From Patescibacteria group bacterium (GTDB taxonomy: Bacteria > Patescibacteriota > Patescibacteriia > UBA10025 > JAHIVO01), in assembly GCA_041650915.1 (NCBI GenBank), contig JBAZKE010000002.1:144638-208637 (forward strand): DNA of 64,000 nt, written 5' to 3'. Under the pieces are notes generated by a model. It was not told where the DNA came from, did no database searches, and worked only from the letters and a program-made list of their open reading frames with translations. A program made the position numbers and the translations under genes. Positions 17,731 to 27,799 of this stretch are shown here, piece after piece. The number at the start of each line of letters is the position of its first letter. The stretch's first letter is position 1.

Positions 17731-20373
17731 TTAATCTGAGGTGTTCGTGTTCACGGTATTCGTATTGATTGTCGTGCCGGAAGCGCTCGGGAGATAATTG
17801 ATGGTGATGGTATCGGAGCGCGTGTTGCTGATGTCATCGAAGATGTCGGCTTTGATATCATGGAATCCAGCCTTTGTATTCTCGGGAAGCGTGAGGGTCA
17901 GCGTATAGGGGCTCGTTTTTGTGGATCCAATCAGCTTGCCGTCGAGCGAAAAGGTGATTTCCTTGATTGTCCGCGGTGAGGTTGCTTTCGCCGACACCGT
18001 CACCGTTACGTTTCGTGCAGTGAGAGTTGCATTTTTTTTTGGAGCAGTGATGCTGACTGTTGGTTTATTTTTGTCAGAACGCAAGTTGCAATCTTCTTCG
18101 GCAGGGATGTTTTCGACGTAGCCATTTTCTGCCGCCCAGCGGGCAACGGGTTCTTCCCAGCGGACGTATTGCGGATCGACGGTCGGATCTGCCGGCACAG
18201 GACCGAGCGGGTTATTGCGGTCAACGTAGTGGAGTATCGTGTGCACGGTGCGGAACGTTTTCTCTTCTTGAAATTCTTTGGGGTAGGTATCGAGGCACGA
18301 GTTGGGAATTACCTTGCCGGTTGTGGAATCTACCGTCAGGGTGACTCCGCCTTCCAGTTCGCCCCGTAGGATTGGCTTATCCGGCTGCGTGATGGTGGGG
18401 CTATTGAAGGGTTCTGCCGGGCCGCCGACCGTCCGTTTCATGAATTCGCGCCAGATCGGTGCGGCAACGATGGATCCGTCGGCGCCGCGCCTCATTTCTG
18501 AGTTATCATTGTTCCCCACCCATACGCCCGTAGCTATGGACGGCGTGTACCCGAGCGTCCAGGCATCTCGGTAATCGTTTGTTGTGCCGGTCTTGGCCGC
18601 AACTGGCCGATCAGGAAGCGTGAGGTAGTTGCTGGAGCCGAAGATGTAAGCGCGCGCGCCGTTGTCTGACAGTACGTTGTTGAGCGTCCGGACGGCTTCT
18701 TTGTCGAACACCTCCTCCTCGCGCTCCTCGTACTCCTCAAGTATCTTGCCGCCGCTATCCTCAACGCTGAGGATAGCGGAAACAGGGTGGCGTATCCCCT
18801 CGCGGGCAAAGGTTGCGAATGCTGATGTATGTTCGAGCAGCGTAACCTCACCGCCTCCGAGTACGAGGGAGAGCCCGAAACGGCTGCGGTCCTGGAAGGT
18901 GCTGTATCCAAACCGTTCTGCGATGTCGAGCACGTTATCAATGCCGGCGAGGTAGAGCGTTTTCACGGCTGGAATGTTGAGCGAGCCTGCCAGGGTGTTC
19001 CGCATGGAGAGCGGGCCGTGTTCCACGAGGTCGTAGTTTTTCGGTTCGTAATCCTGTGCGTCTGTCTTAAACTTCGTCACGAGGTCGAATAAGATGGTGT
19101 CCGGCGTATATCCCTTTTCAAATGCGGCAAGGTAGACGAGCGGTTTGAGTGAAGACCCCGGTTGGCGGGGCCGCAGCGTGACATTGACATTGCCGTCGAT
19201 GGTGTCGTCAAAGTAGTCTTTTGAACCGACCATCGCCAGGATCTGACCCGTTTTGGTATCGAGGCTCACGAGCGCGGCATTGCTTGCATTATAGTTGAGG
19301 TAGTTTTTTTCGGCATACTCGCGGATTACCTCTTCGGCAACCCGCTGTTTGTCGATATTGAGCGTGGTGATCACCTTGAGGCCCCCCTGTTCAATAACCT
19401 TTTCCCCGTACCGAGTGCTGAGCTGTTCCCGGACGTACATGACAAAGTGGGGCGCCGTGATATTCTCGTATTGAGGCCTCATGCGTTCAAGTATGTTGTC
19501 CTTTTTGGCTTCTTCCGCCTCCTCGGCAGTTATGAATCCCATTTCTACCATCTCGTTGAGCACGAGGTGCAGCCGAGTGGAGAGCTCTTCGGTATGGTTT
19601 CCGTACGGGGAGTAGTACGTCGGGCGGTTCGGGATCGCAGCGAGGAATGCCGCTTCAGAGAGCGTAACGTCATGAATCGACTTGCCGAGGAATGTCTGGG
19701 CAGCGGCCTCCACCCCGTAGAGCGTTGATCCGAAGGGGATCTCATTGAAGTAGAGCTGGAGTATTTCGTCTTTGGTGAGCTTTTGCTCGAGCTGGTAGGA
19801 GAGTACGAGCTCTTTGATTTTTCTCGTGTATGAGTGCTCAGAGGTGAGGATCGCATTCTTTACGAACTGCTGGGTGATGGTAGAGCCGCCGCGCTGTGGG
19901 CAGAGGCCGCCGAGATTTCCGAAGATCTCATGGCAACCCGCCTTGATAATTCCCGGGAGGTCAAAGCCCTTATGCTCGTAAAAGTCCTGGTCTTCCATGG
20001 CGATTGTTGCCTGCCTCATAAGCTCGGGGATGTCCTCGAGCTGGATGAGCGTGCGTTTTTCGTCGCCGTGAATTTCGTAGAGGAGCGTCACGCCGTCGCG
20101 GGCATAGATTTTTGTGCTCTCGGCAACCGTCCGCTCGATTATTTTATCGGGATCGGGAAGATCGCGTGAGTACCACGCAAAGACGCCGATGCCGCCGATG
20201 ATTCCGGCTCCAACGAGTATGCCGCACACCATGAGCGTGCGTTTTGCTACGCGTTTCCACTTCGGTCCGGACGGTTTCCGAGCCGCATCCTGCCTGCGCC
20301 GGACACGGCCGGCGGCGCGTTCACCGATTTTTCGAATGCGGAAAGTTGGTTCCTTGAGGTGTGGGATCGGCAT
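17731..20373 (-). CDS. Class A penicillin-binding protein (PBP1A-type transglycosylase/transpeptidase) with C-terminal extension
   Basis: N-terminal TM anchor. GT51 motifs (EDQDFYEHKGFD, GGSTITQQ). Transpeptidase SxxK (PGSSLKP), SLN and KTGTTND. Extra C-terminal roughly 150-aa Ig-like/Thr-rich region. Confidence 0.85.
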   Translation of the reverse strand: MPIPHLKEPTFRIRKIGERAAGRVRRRQDAARKPSGPKWKRVAKRTLMVCGILVGAGIIGGIGVFAWYSRDLPDPDKIIERTVAESTKIYARDGVTLLYEIHGDEKRTLIQLEDIPELMRQATIAMEDQDFYEHKGFDLPGIIKAGCHEIFGNLGGLCPQRGGSTITQQFVKNAILTSEHSYTRKIKELVLSYQLEQKLTKDEILQLYFNEIPFGSTLYGVEAAAQTFLGKSIHDVTLSEAAFLAAIPNRPTYYSPYGNHTEELSTRLHLVLNEMVEMGFITAEEAEEAKKDNILERMRPQYENITAPHFVMYVREQLSTRYGEKVIEQGGLKVITTLNIDKQRVAEEVIREYAEKNYLNYNASNAALVSLDTKTGQILAMVGSKDYFDDTIDGNVNVTLRPRQPGSSLKPLVYLAAFEKGYTPDTILFDLVTKFKTDAQDYEPKNYDLVEHGPLSMRNTLAGSLNIPAVKTLYLAGIDNVLDIAERFGYSTFQDRSRFGLSLVLGGGEVTLLEHTSAFATFAREGIRHPVSAILSVEDSGGKILEEYEEREEEVFDKEAVRTLNNVLSDNGARAYIFGSSNYLTLPDRPVAAKTGTTNDYRDAWTLGYTPSIATGVWVGNNDNSEMRRGADGSIVAAPIWREFMKRTVGGPAEPFNSPTITQPDKPILRGELEGGVTLTVDSTTGKVIPNSCLDTYPKEFQEEKTFRTVHTILHYVDRNNPLGPVPADPTVDPQYVRWEEPVARWAAENGYVENIPAEEDCNLRSDKNKPTVSITAPKKNATLTARNVTVTVSAKATSPRTIKEITFSLDGKLIGSTKTSPYTLTLTLPENTKAGFHDIKADIFDDISNTRSDTITINYLPSASGTTINTNTVNTNTSD

Positions 20374-20376
20374 AGT

Positions 20377-21288
20377 CTATGCGGTTACCTTGTGTTGCGT
20401 CAGGAGCGCTGCTCCGATAACGCCAGTGCCGTACCCGAGCTCGGATACGGTGATGGGTATTTTTTTCAGTTCAGGGTAGATGAGGCATTTCCTGGCAGAA
20501 CGGATGGCTGGATGTATGAGCGGCCGGATGCTCGACAGCCCGCCGGTAAGCACAAGGATATCGGGGCTGAATAGGTGCAGTGTGTTTGCAATGCCGATGC
20601 CGAGATCGTGGGCCATGGCGGCGAGTATGGCGTTCGCATGGCGGTTGCCAGCACGCGCCCGTGCAACGATTTCGTATGAGGTGAGGGTTTTTCCGGTGCG
20701 TTTGCGGTACAGTTTTACCATTGCAGTGCCGGAGGCGAGCGCTTCAAAGTGGCCGCGCTGACCGCAGCTGCACCACGGCGATGTTGCTGCAATAGCTATA
20801 TGCCCGAGTTCAGTTGTATTGCAACCAGTCCGGTAGAGCCGCTTGTCAATTACGAGGCCGAATCCGATGCCGGTGCCGATTGCCATGACGGCGACGGTGC
20901 GGAATTTTTTTCCGGCCCCGACCGTCGCTTCGGCGAGCGCGCTCGCATGGACGTCGTTATCGATTGCTACGGTAACCCTGTACTTCTTTTCGAGGAGCTG
21001 TTTCAGGCGGACACCGTGCCAGTCCCGCGCTAGGTTATGCCCCCGCGTGACAACACCTTTTTCAGCATTGACGAGCCCTGTTGTGCCGATCCCGATTGCC
21101 CGCACCCGGTTCGAAAAAAAATAATCGATGCTCGTGCCCATGCATTTGAGGATGTTCTTTTTGGTTTTTTTGCCGATTAAAAATTGTTTGCTCTGCCTGA
21201 GCACACCGTTTGGGCCAACAAGCCCCGCCTGAATTTTTGTTCCGCCTACGTCGACGCCGATCGTGTACGTACCCATAGCGTAAAGCAT
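20377..21288 (-). CDS. ROK family glucokinase
   Basis: N-terminal IGVDVGGTKI. ROK zinc motif CSCGQRGHFE. 303 aa. Confidence 0.75.
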   Translation of the reverse strand: MLYAMGTYTIGVDVGGTKIQAGLVGPNGVLRQSKQFLIGKKTKKNILKCMGTSIDYFFSNRVRAIGIGTTGLVNAEKGVVTRGHNLARDWHGVRLKQLLEKKYRVTVAIDNDVHASALAEATVGAGKKFRTVAVMAIGTGIGFGLVIDKRLYRTGCNTTELGHIAIAATSPWCSCGQRGHFEALASGTAMVKLYRKRTGKTLTSYEIVARARAGNRHANAILAAMAHDLGIGIANTLHLFSPDILVLTGGLSSIRPLIHPAIRSARKCLIYPELKKIPITVSELGYGTGVIGAALLTQHKVTA

Positions 21289-21346
21289 TTAACCTTCCTA
21301 TTATAACAAAAAGCGGGTATAATAGGAATGCACTAAACGTTATTTT

Positions 21347-22546
21347 ATGAATCAGAAGGAAAAGAATCAAGAGCTGCTCACGCGAGGCGTTGCTGAAGTG
21401 ATCGTCAAGAAAAGTTTGCAGAAAAAGATCGAGAGCGGCGCAAAGCTCCGCGTTAAGCTCGGCGTCGATCCGACCGCACCGCATCTGCACCTCGGGCATA
21501 CCGTCGTCCTCAGAAAGCTCAAGCAATTCCAGGAGCTCGGGCACCAAGTCATTTTTTTAGTGGGCGATTTTACCGCCCGCATTGGAGATCCATCGGACAA
21601 GTTATCGGCACGCAAGCCGCTCGAGGGGAAGGAAATACAGAAAAACTGGGAAACGTACAAGGAGCAGGTCGGGAAGGTGCTCGACCTCCGGGAAGTCGAA
21701 ATACGGTTTAACAGCGAGTGGCACCAGAATATGGATTTTGCCGAACTCTTTCAGCTCACGAGCTTGTTTACGGTTAACCAGATGCTTGAGCGTGATATGT
21801 TTGAAAAGCGGATGGAGGCCGGTAAACCGCTGTGGATCCATGAGATGCTGTACCCGATACTGCAGGGGTATGATTCGGTTGCGCTCAGTGCGGACGTCGA
21901 GCTCGGCGGGACGGACCAGACGTTCAATATGCTCGCCGCACGGACGATACAGCCGACGTACGGGCAAGACCCGCAGGATATTATGACCGTTGACTTGCTT
22001 GAGGGAACCGACGGTAGTGAGAAAATGAGCAAGAGTATTGGCAATACGATCGATCTTACTGATACGGCGGGTGAGATGTTCGGGAAGACCATGTCGATTC
22101 CTGACAGCCTCATCGTGAAGTATTTTACGCTCTGCACCGGCGTGCCGCTCACGGAGATTAACTCAATTGCACAGGAGATGAAACGGGGGGCAAATCCGCG
22201 CGACTATAAGGTACGGCTCGCCCGCGAGCTGATCGCGATGTACCACGGCATCGCGGCTGCCGATAAGGCGGAAGCGGAATTCACCCGCGTATTCAAGGAA
22301 AAAAAAGCGCCCCGGTCAATGCCCGCGTACCAGCTGAAAAAAGAGGGCAGCTATTCGCTTATCGATATTATCACTGAAACGGGGCTCGCCCCATCGAAGA
22401 GCGAGGCGCGGCGCTTGATTGAGCAGGGTGGGGTCCAGTTCGACGGCATGCAGATTACGGATTGGAAGAAGAAGGTGCGCGTCACGGGCGGAATGGTACT
22501 GCAGGTTGGCAAGCGCAAGTTTCTCAAATTTACCTCTGGGGAGTAG
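21347..22546 (+). CDS. tyrS: Tyrosine--tRNA ligase
   Basis: GVDPTAPHLHLGH (HIGH) and KMSKSIGN (KMSKS). C-terminal S4-like domain. 399 aa. Confidence 0.9.
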   Translation: MNQKEKNQELLTRGVAEVIVKKSLQKKIESGAKLRVKLGVDPTAPHLHLGHTVVLRKLKQFQELGHQVIFLVGDFTARIGDPSDKLSARKPLEGKEIQKNWETYKEQVGKVLDLREVEIRFNSEWHQNMDFAELFQLTSLFTVNQMLERDMFEKRMEAGKPLWIHEMLYPILQGYDSVALSADVELGGTDQTFNMLAARTIQPTYGQDPQDIMTVDLLEGTDGSEKMSKSIGNTIDLTDTAGEMFGKTMSIPDSLIVKYFTLCTGVPLTEINSIAQEMKRGANPRDYKVRLARELIAMYHGIAAADKAEAEFTRVFKEKKAPRSMPAYQLKKEGSYSLIDIITETGLAPSKSEARRLIEQGGVQFDGMQITDWKKKVRVTGGMVLQVGKRKFLKFTSGE

Positions 22547-22731
22547 CGGAAGCATGCAACTACATCCAGCCTGTCGGTCTTGACGCGAAGTTTTGCGTAC
22601 GGCGGGAAGGGCGACTGAACGGCGGACACAGGGCGAAGATGGGCAATGCTTCCGTATGCAGCGCCACCGGGCAGGAGAGTGTGCAAGCTGCAGTCTTATT
22701 CATTGCGGTGTTAATTTGGTATACTGAGCGC

Positions 22732-23337
22732 ATGAATAATACGGCGAAAACATACACCAAGCTCGGGAAGCAGTATCTCGATGATATCGCAGACCTTGCA
22801 CCCGCCGAGCGCGAAGAGTTTATTCGGCGCCTGCCGAGAGGCAGTGCGGTGCTCGACGTCGGGTGCGCCGGAGGAAGAGACAGCGGAGCGTTTGTTGAGA
22901 GCGGTTTTCAGGTCGTTGGCATTGATTTGGTCGGTTTGTTTTTATCGGAAGCGCGCAAGCGCGTGCCTGCGGCAACGTTCCGCATGATGGATGTTTGTAA
23001 ACTCGACTTTCCGGATGAATCGTTCAACGCCGTGTGGGCGAATGCGATTCTTATGCACGTGCCTAAAAGAGACACCCTACGGGCACTCAAGGAGCTGCAG
23101 AGGGTGTGTAAGCCGTCCGGCTTGCTCCTCGTACGGGTGAAGCATGGGCAGGGGGAGAGAGCAGTGGCAGATAAACTGTCACGGGGCGTGAACCGCCTGT
23201 TCAGCTTTTTTACCGAGGATGAGCTGTCTCAATTAAGTGAGCAAGCGGGATTTACGGTTGAGTCGGCTGCGCTTGTTGAAGACGGCGCTGGCAGGGACGG
23301 AGTGCGGTGGGTCAGTGTGTGGGCGGTGAAGCGGTAG
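22732..23337 (+). CDS. Class I SAM-dependent methyltransferase
   Basis: Motif I VLDVGCAGGRD, post I, and motif II/III pattern (LLLVRVKHGQG). The ORF-track start at 22462 overlaps tyrS and is rejected. Start set at MNNTAK. Confidence 0.65.
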   Translation: MNNTAKTYTKLGKQYLDDIADLAPAEREEFIRRLPRGSAVLDVGCAGGRDSGAFVESGFQVVGIDLVGLFLSEARKRVPAATFRMMDVCKLDFPDESFNAVWANAILMHVPKRDTLRALKELQRVCKPSGLLLVRVKHGQGERAVADKLSRGVNRLFSFFTEDELSQLSEQAGFTVESAALVEDGAGRDGVRWVSVWAVKR

Positions 23338-23380
23338 CGCAGAGAGGGTTTATTTTTTCATGGTGGGTTTGTCTGTAAAA

Positions 23381-23417
23381 AAATGCAGCCCCCGACAGGT
23401 GCCGGGGTTGTTTCTCT
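23381..23417. terminator. Hairpin between convergent methyltransferase and GalT-like genes
   Basis: CCCCG-acaggtgc-CGGGG stem flanked by an A-run and a T-rich tract. Confidence 0.35.
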
Positions 23418-23435
23418 CTGCTGGTAAATGGCACG

Positions 23436-24434
23436 TTACTTGCCTCGGTAGAATTTTGCGGCGTCTTCAGGAGCCACTGAGTTGATGATAATCCTCGAGC
23501 CGAGCTCTACGCCAGCCCAGGTGTCACGGCGCGGGCACACCCGAAGGTAGAAGTACTCTCCTTGGTCGGTGATCGTCTGGTGCATGTAGTAGTTGTACGG
23601 CAGGCCGAGCTGGTTTACTTTTTTGATGATGTGGCGAAGCGCGTGCGCCACGGACTTGAGCTCTTCTTCTTCGAGCAGGGAGATGTTGTCAACCTGCCGC
23701 TTCGGCACGATCCACGCTTCATAGTTGTATGAGGAGGCGTACGGGCAGAATGCCGTGATGTACTTGTTGCTGAAAATGTTCCGCGGCCCCTTCGCCTCAT
23801 CGCGGGCAAGTTTTGCGTAGTATGAGGTGCCGTGGAGGATGCTATACTTTCGGGCGCGCGCCAGCTTATTGACGATGTGGCTCGGTACAAAACCTGCCGC
23901 TAAGATCTGTGAGTGTGCGTGCACGAGCGAAGCGCCAGCCTTACCGCCGTGATTCTTGAAGATAATGATGTACTTGACCTTTGGATCTTTTGAGAGCGCT
24001 TGTGTCCGCGCCACATAGGATTTCAGCACGCGGTACACGTGTGGCTCAGAGAATTCCGCCATCTCCTTGTTGTGGTGGGGTGTCTCGATAATGACTTCCT
24101 GGTGGCCGTACGCATTCGGATTTTTTTCGTGCACGAATGGAAAAATATTTTTGATGACCTTGATTTCCCACCACTGGTCGGGGCCCTCTTGGTACAGCGG
24201 CGGCTGGGACATCATTACCGTTTCCTGGCAAAAGGGGCAGTCTTTGGACTTGACCGGGACATCGTGGGGTTTTGCGGTGTCGTGCGGGCGTTTCGTCCGC
24301 TTCGGGGCGATGATAATGAAGCGGTCATGGATTTCATCAACGCGGATTTCACTGCGGATAAGCGGCACCTCAACCTCGCGGAGTTTGGGGCGTTTTGGAA
24401 TTGTTGTCTTTTTTACAGCTTTTTTTCTAGGCAT
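23436..24434 (-). CDS. Galactose-1-phosphate uridylyltransferase family (GalT-type HIT superfamily nucleotidyltransferase)
   Basis: CPFC zinc motif, HQEVIIETPHH, and HAHSQI (HxHxQ active site of the GalT branch). Lys-rich N-terminal extension. Last gene of the glucan operon. Confidence 0.65.
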   Translation of the reverse strand: MPRKKAVKKTTIPKRPKLREVEVPLIRSEIRVDEIHDRFIIIAPKRTKRPHDTAKPHDVPVKSKDCPFCQETVMMSQPPLYQEGPDQWWEIKVIKNIFPFVHEKNPNAYGHQEVIIETPHHNKEMAEFSEPHVYRVLKSYVARTQALSKDPKVKYIIIFKNHGGKAGASLVHAHSQILAAGFVPSHIVNKLARARKYSILHGTSYYAKLARDEAKGPRNIFSNKYITAFCPYASSYNYEAWIVPKRQVDNISLLEEEELKSVAHALRHIIKKVNQLGLPYNYYMHQTITDQGEYFYLRVCPRRDTWAGVELGSRIIINSVAPEDAAKFYRGK

Positions 24435-25905
24435 CTGGGTTAACTAAATGAGTATAGAGCTTGATGTACGCACTGGCGGAGTGGTCCCACGAAAAGTCCT
24501 TTTGCATGATCCGTTTGACCACAGTGTACCACGATTTTCGGTCGCTATACAGTTTAATGGCGCGCGTGAGCGCGGCGAGAAAGTCTTTCGTATCGTACGG
24601 GCCGAATACGAAGCCTTCGCCGCCGCTGGAGCCGCCGTTCCAGTCAGCGACGGTATCCTTGAGCCCCCCGGTCGCCCTGACGATGGGCAGCGTGCCGAAC
24701 CGCATTGCAATCATCTGCCCGAGCCCGCACGGCTCGAAGCGGGACGGCATGAGGAATGCGTCTGATCCGGCGTATATCTGCTGGGCGAGCGCGGCGTTGA
24801 ATTCGATATGCACGGACGTTTTCTCGGGGAATTGTTTTGCGATCGACAGCATCATATTTTCGTACTTTTTTTCGCCGGTGCCCAGCACGACGAACTGCAC
24901 GTCGTGTTCAAAGAATTTTTCAGCTACTTCGTAGATGAGGTCGACGCCCTTCTGGTCGACGAGCCGTGAGACAATGCCGAAAAGCGGCACGTCACCGCGT
25001 ACGGGCAGTGCGCAATGTTTCTGGAGCGCAGCCTTGCACTTTGCTTTTCCGGAAAGGTCTCCGGATGAGTACGGCACGGCGATTCGTTTATCGGTTTCCG
25101 GATTGAAGCTGTCGACATCGATTCCGTTGAGGATTCCAGTGAGGTCGTCAGCGCGTTCGTTTAAGTCGTTGTTGAGGCCGCATCCGTATTCCTCCGTGAG
25201 AATCTCCCGTGCGTACGTCGGGCTGACCGTATTGATGTAGTCGCTCGCGAGGATTGCCTGGCGTAAGCTGGAAATGTGCCCGTCCTGCTGGCGCTGCAGC
25301 GTGGGATAATCGCCAGCCGTGATTCCGAGAATGTGAAATATCGTTTGGGCTTCGTGCCATCCCTGGTGGGCGAGATTGTGAATCGTGAGGAGTGTCTTAA
25401 TGTTTTTCAGCTTCGGGTCGTTTCGTGCGAGGATTTTCAGCAGGACGGGGATCATGCCCGTGTGCCAGTCGTTGCAGTGGATGAGATCGGGGTACCAGCC
25501 AAGCGACTCAAAGAGCGAAAAGCATGACCGCGCGAAAAACGTAAAACGTTCGGCTTCCCGATTCGGGTTGTCGGACGGCCCTGCGGTATCAAAGTATACC
25601 CCGTTCTGGCCGAGGTAGTGATAGTTGTCGATGAGGTAGATTGGGACGTCGCTCCCGGGCAGCGGCGTTTGGAATATGCCGATCGATTCTTCCGTGCCAT
25701 TGAATGGAACCGGGATGCCCTCGGCGATTGGCGTTGATGGGTACTTTGTGTTATCAATGCTCCCGTATTTCGGTAGCGCAATCCGCACATCGATCCCTCC
25801 GTGCTTGAGCGCTTTTGGGAGCGCGCCGACGACATCGCCGAGGCCGCCCACCTTGGCGAGCGGGTTGAGCTCGGCGCCGACAAAGAGAACTTTGAGCTGT
25901 TTCAT
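24427..25905 (-). CDS. glgA: Glycogen/starch synthase (GT5 family), copy 1
   Basis: N-terminal LFVGAELNPLAKVGGLGDVVGALPKAL (the KxGGL motif). GT-B C-terminal motifs. 492 aa. Confidence 0.85.
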   Translation of the reverse strand: MKQLKVLFVGAELNPLAKVGGLGDVVGALPKALKHGGIDVRIALPKYGSIDNTKYPSTPIAEGIPVPFNGTEESIGIFQTPLPGSDVPIYLIDNYHYLGQNGVYFDTAGPSDNPNREAERFTFFARSCFSLFESLGWYPDLIHCNDWHTGMIPVLLKILARNDPKLKNIKTLLTIHNLAHQGWHEAQTIFHILGITAGDYPTLQRQQDGHISSLRQAILASDYINTVSPTYAREILTEEYGCGLNNDLNERADDLTGILNGIDVDSFNPETDKRIAVPYSSGDLSGKAKCKAALQKHCALPVRGDVPLFGIVSRLVDQKGVDLIYEVAEKFFEHDVQFVVLGTGEKKYENMMLSIAKQFPEKTSVHIEFNAALAQQIYAGSDAFLMPSRFEPCGLGQMIAMRFGTLPIVRATGGLKDTVADWNGGSSGGEGFVFGPYDTKDFLAALTRAIKLYSDRKSWYTVVKRIMQKDFSWDHSASAYIKLYTHLVNPDA

Positions 25906-25920
25906 ATTTTTAAATAATTG

Positions 25921-26805
25921 TTAGATGGCAGGTACCTGTTCTTTGAGTTTTTCGTAGATTGAGTACGGCACTGAGAAGTAGTCCCACTGGCACCGGATTG
26001 CCTCGTGCTTGGTAAAATTAATGTCTCCATGGTAGTCGCTGCCGCCTGTGATGAGGAGCCCATGGGCGAGTGCGAAGCTCTGGTAGTGTTCAATCTGGTG
26101 CCAGCTATGGTATGGGGAGAGCACCTCAATGCCTTCGAGGCCGGCATCAATGAGCTCGCGTATCAGCTTATCCCCGTCGTAGTTGAGCTGCTGTCCCGGG
26201 TGGGCGAGCACAGCGAATCCTCCTGATTTTCGTACGATCGCTATTGCTTCATCGGTCGGCAGTTCTGATACGCGGAGTGCGGCGGGTTTGTCATAACCCA
26301 TGAAGTATTTCACTTTTCCAAAGAAATCCTGCTTGTCCGGGGGGAGCTCTCGCTGCATTTTTTTGATATTTTTTTGGTACCGCTCGAGCTCCCTGATGAC
26401 GTGCAATACGCCGCGGTTTACCGCGGGACCGTTAAAGATAGCGGTTTCATCGAGCGTGAAGCCCTGCTCCTGGAGGCTGTGAATCGACTGTCGCACATTG
26501 TGTTCATTATCTTCCTGGAGTTTCCGGAGCGCACGGGAGAGCTCCGTGTCGCCGAGTTCAAAACAGTAGCCGAGCAGGTGGAGGTTTTGGTTACGGTACC
26601 GGGTGTATATCTCAACTCCCGGAACAACGTGGATGCCGAATTCATCCGCGCATTCGATTGCCTCATCGATGCCATTGATTCCATTGTGGTCGGTCAGCGA
26701 AAGTACCGCAGTGCCGTTCTCTTCCGCACGCTTCATGAGGCTGCTGCATGAGCGGTCGCCGTCCGAGTAGTGTGAGTGGGTATGGAGATCAATTGTTTGT
26801 TCCAT
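25921..26805 (-). CDS. PHP-domain metal-dependent phosphoesterase
   Basis: IDLHTHSHYSDG ... LSLTDHNGINGIDEA. PHP family His/Asp motifs. 294 aa. Confidence 0.7.
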   Translation of the reverse strand: MEQTIDLHTHSHYSDGDRSCSSLMKRAEENGTAVLSLTDHNGINGIDEAIECADEFGIHVVPGVEIYTRYRNQNLHLLGYCFELGDTELSRALRKLQEDNEHNVRQSIHSLQEQGFTLDETAIFNGPAVNRGVLHVIRELERYQKNIKKMQRELPPDKQDFFGKVKYFMGYDKPAALRVSELPTDEAIAIVRKSGGFAVLAHPGQQLNYDGDKLIRELIDAGLEGIEVLSPYHSWHQIEHYQSFALAHGLLITGGSDYHGDINFTKHEAIRCQWDYFSVPYSIYEKLKEQVPAI

Positions 26806-26807
26806 AG

Positions 26808-27797
26808 TTATGGCTTACGGTATCGTTTTTTGAGCATCGCCGTCAGCGTAACGCCGGAAAAGCGTGCGAGCTCCCTGAAGTCCCGTTTATCCGGGTAGTA
26901 GTTGAACCCGATGACGTTGAATACGGCTTGGACAAACACGGTCGCATTCCACAGCTCGTCAAAGTTTTTAAAACCGCGGTACTGCCGTTTAAATTTACTG
27001 TGGAGGGAACGCTGCCAAGCGGAATGGCGTGAAGCGCGCATCCAGACGGTCACCACGTCCTTCATGATTGAAGCCCAGCCGACGTTTTCCCAGTCGATAA
27101 TTTTTGGCCGTCCGCCGGCTTCGAGCATGTGGGGTGCATACAGCTCCTGGTGCGCGAGGACCCGGCGGGTAGTGCGGTACACCGGCCCGTACCGCTTGAA
27201 TTCCCGCCGGATGAGCAAACCGGCGTTCGGCCACCGGATAAACGATTCCACCAACGGGAGGTTCGGGCCGATGAACTGCCAGAGGTAGTTCAGCGTCTGC
27301 GGCGCGTACAGGAGCCTCTTGAAGTTTGACGGAAGGTCTTTTTCCCGGATGCTGTGGAGTTCCCTGAGGAGATTGAGCAGCCACCGCTGCCGGTCTTCCG
27401 TGAAGAAGGAAGGGACGAAGCGGATGTTGCCGCCGTTAATATTTTGCGGCTTACCGCCGACGTATTCGCGTATGTACCAGGCTCGCGGGCCGATCTCTGA
27501 GCTTAAAATGAGAGGAGCGCTTTGCCGGAGGAGCTTGTGCGGCGAGCTATTGATGTAGCGCAGGAAAAGGATCTCGCGGGCGAACTTCTGGTTAGTCAGG
27601 TGGTCGCAGGAGCGGGGGTATATGCTGGTTTTGAACAGCGCTTGTTGCCCGTCTTTTTTCCCGACCGCAATGTAGTACCGGCTTCCGAACTTGATTTTTT
27701 TGATGGGGATAAAACGTTCGCCCCTGTGCAGTTCCCTGATTACCCGGCGTGCGCGTTCACGGTGCCGGCGTTTCGTAGCGGTAGTGCCTTTGATCAT
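26808..27797 (-). CDS. Phosphotransferase-family (APH/ChoK-like kinase fold) protein, divergent
   Basis: C-terminal region AHQELYAPHML ... KIIDWENVGW resembles the APH catalytic loop and IDWE motif, but with an atypical HQE in place of HxD. Basic N-terminus. 329 aa. Confidence 0.4.
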   Translation of the reverse strand: MIKGTTATKRRHRERARRVIRELHRGERFIPIKKIKFGSRYYIAVGKKDGQQALFKTSIYPRSCDHLTNQKFAREILFLRYINSSPHKLLRQSAPLILSSEIGPRAWYIREYVGGKPQNINGGNIRFVPSFFTEDRQRWLLNLLRELHSIREKDLPSNFKRLLYAPQTLNYLWQFIGPNLPLVESFIRWPNAGLLIRREFKRYGPVYRTTRRVLAHQELYAPHMLEAGGRPKIIDWENVGWASIMKDVVTVWMRASRHSAWQRSLHSKFKRQYRGFKNFDELWNATVFVQAVFNVIGFNYYPDKRDFRELARFSGVTLTAMLKKRYRKP

Positions 27798-27799
27798 AG

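Noticed and set aside
22462-22731. Upstream 90 codons of the methyltransferase ORF overlapping tyrS
   Set aside because: It overlaps the 3' end of tyrS in another frame. Methyltransferase motifs start after MNNTAK.
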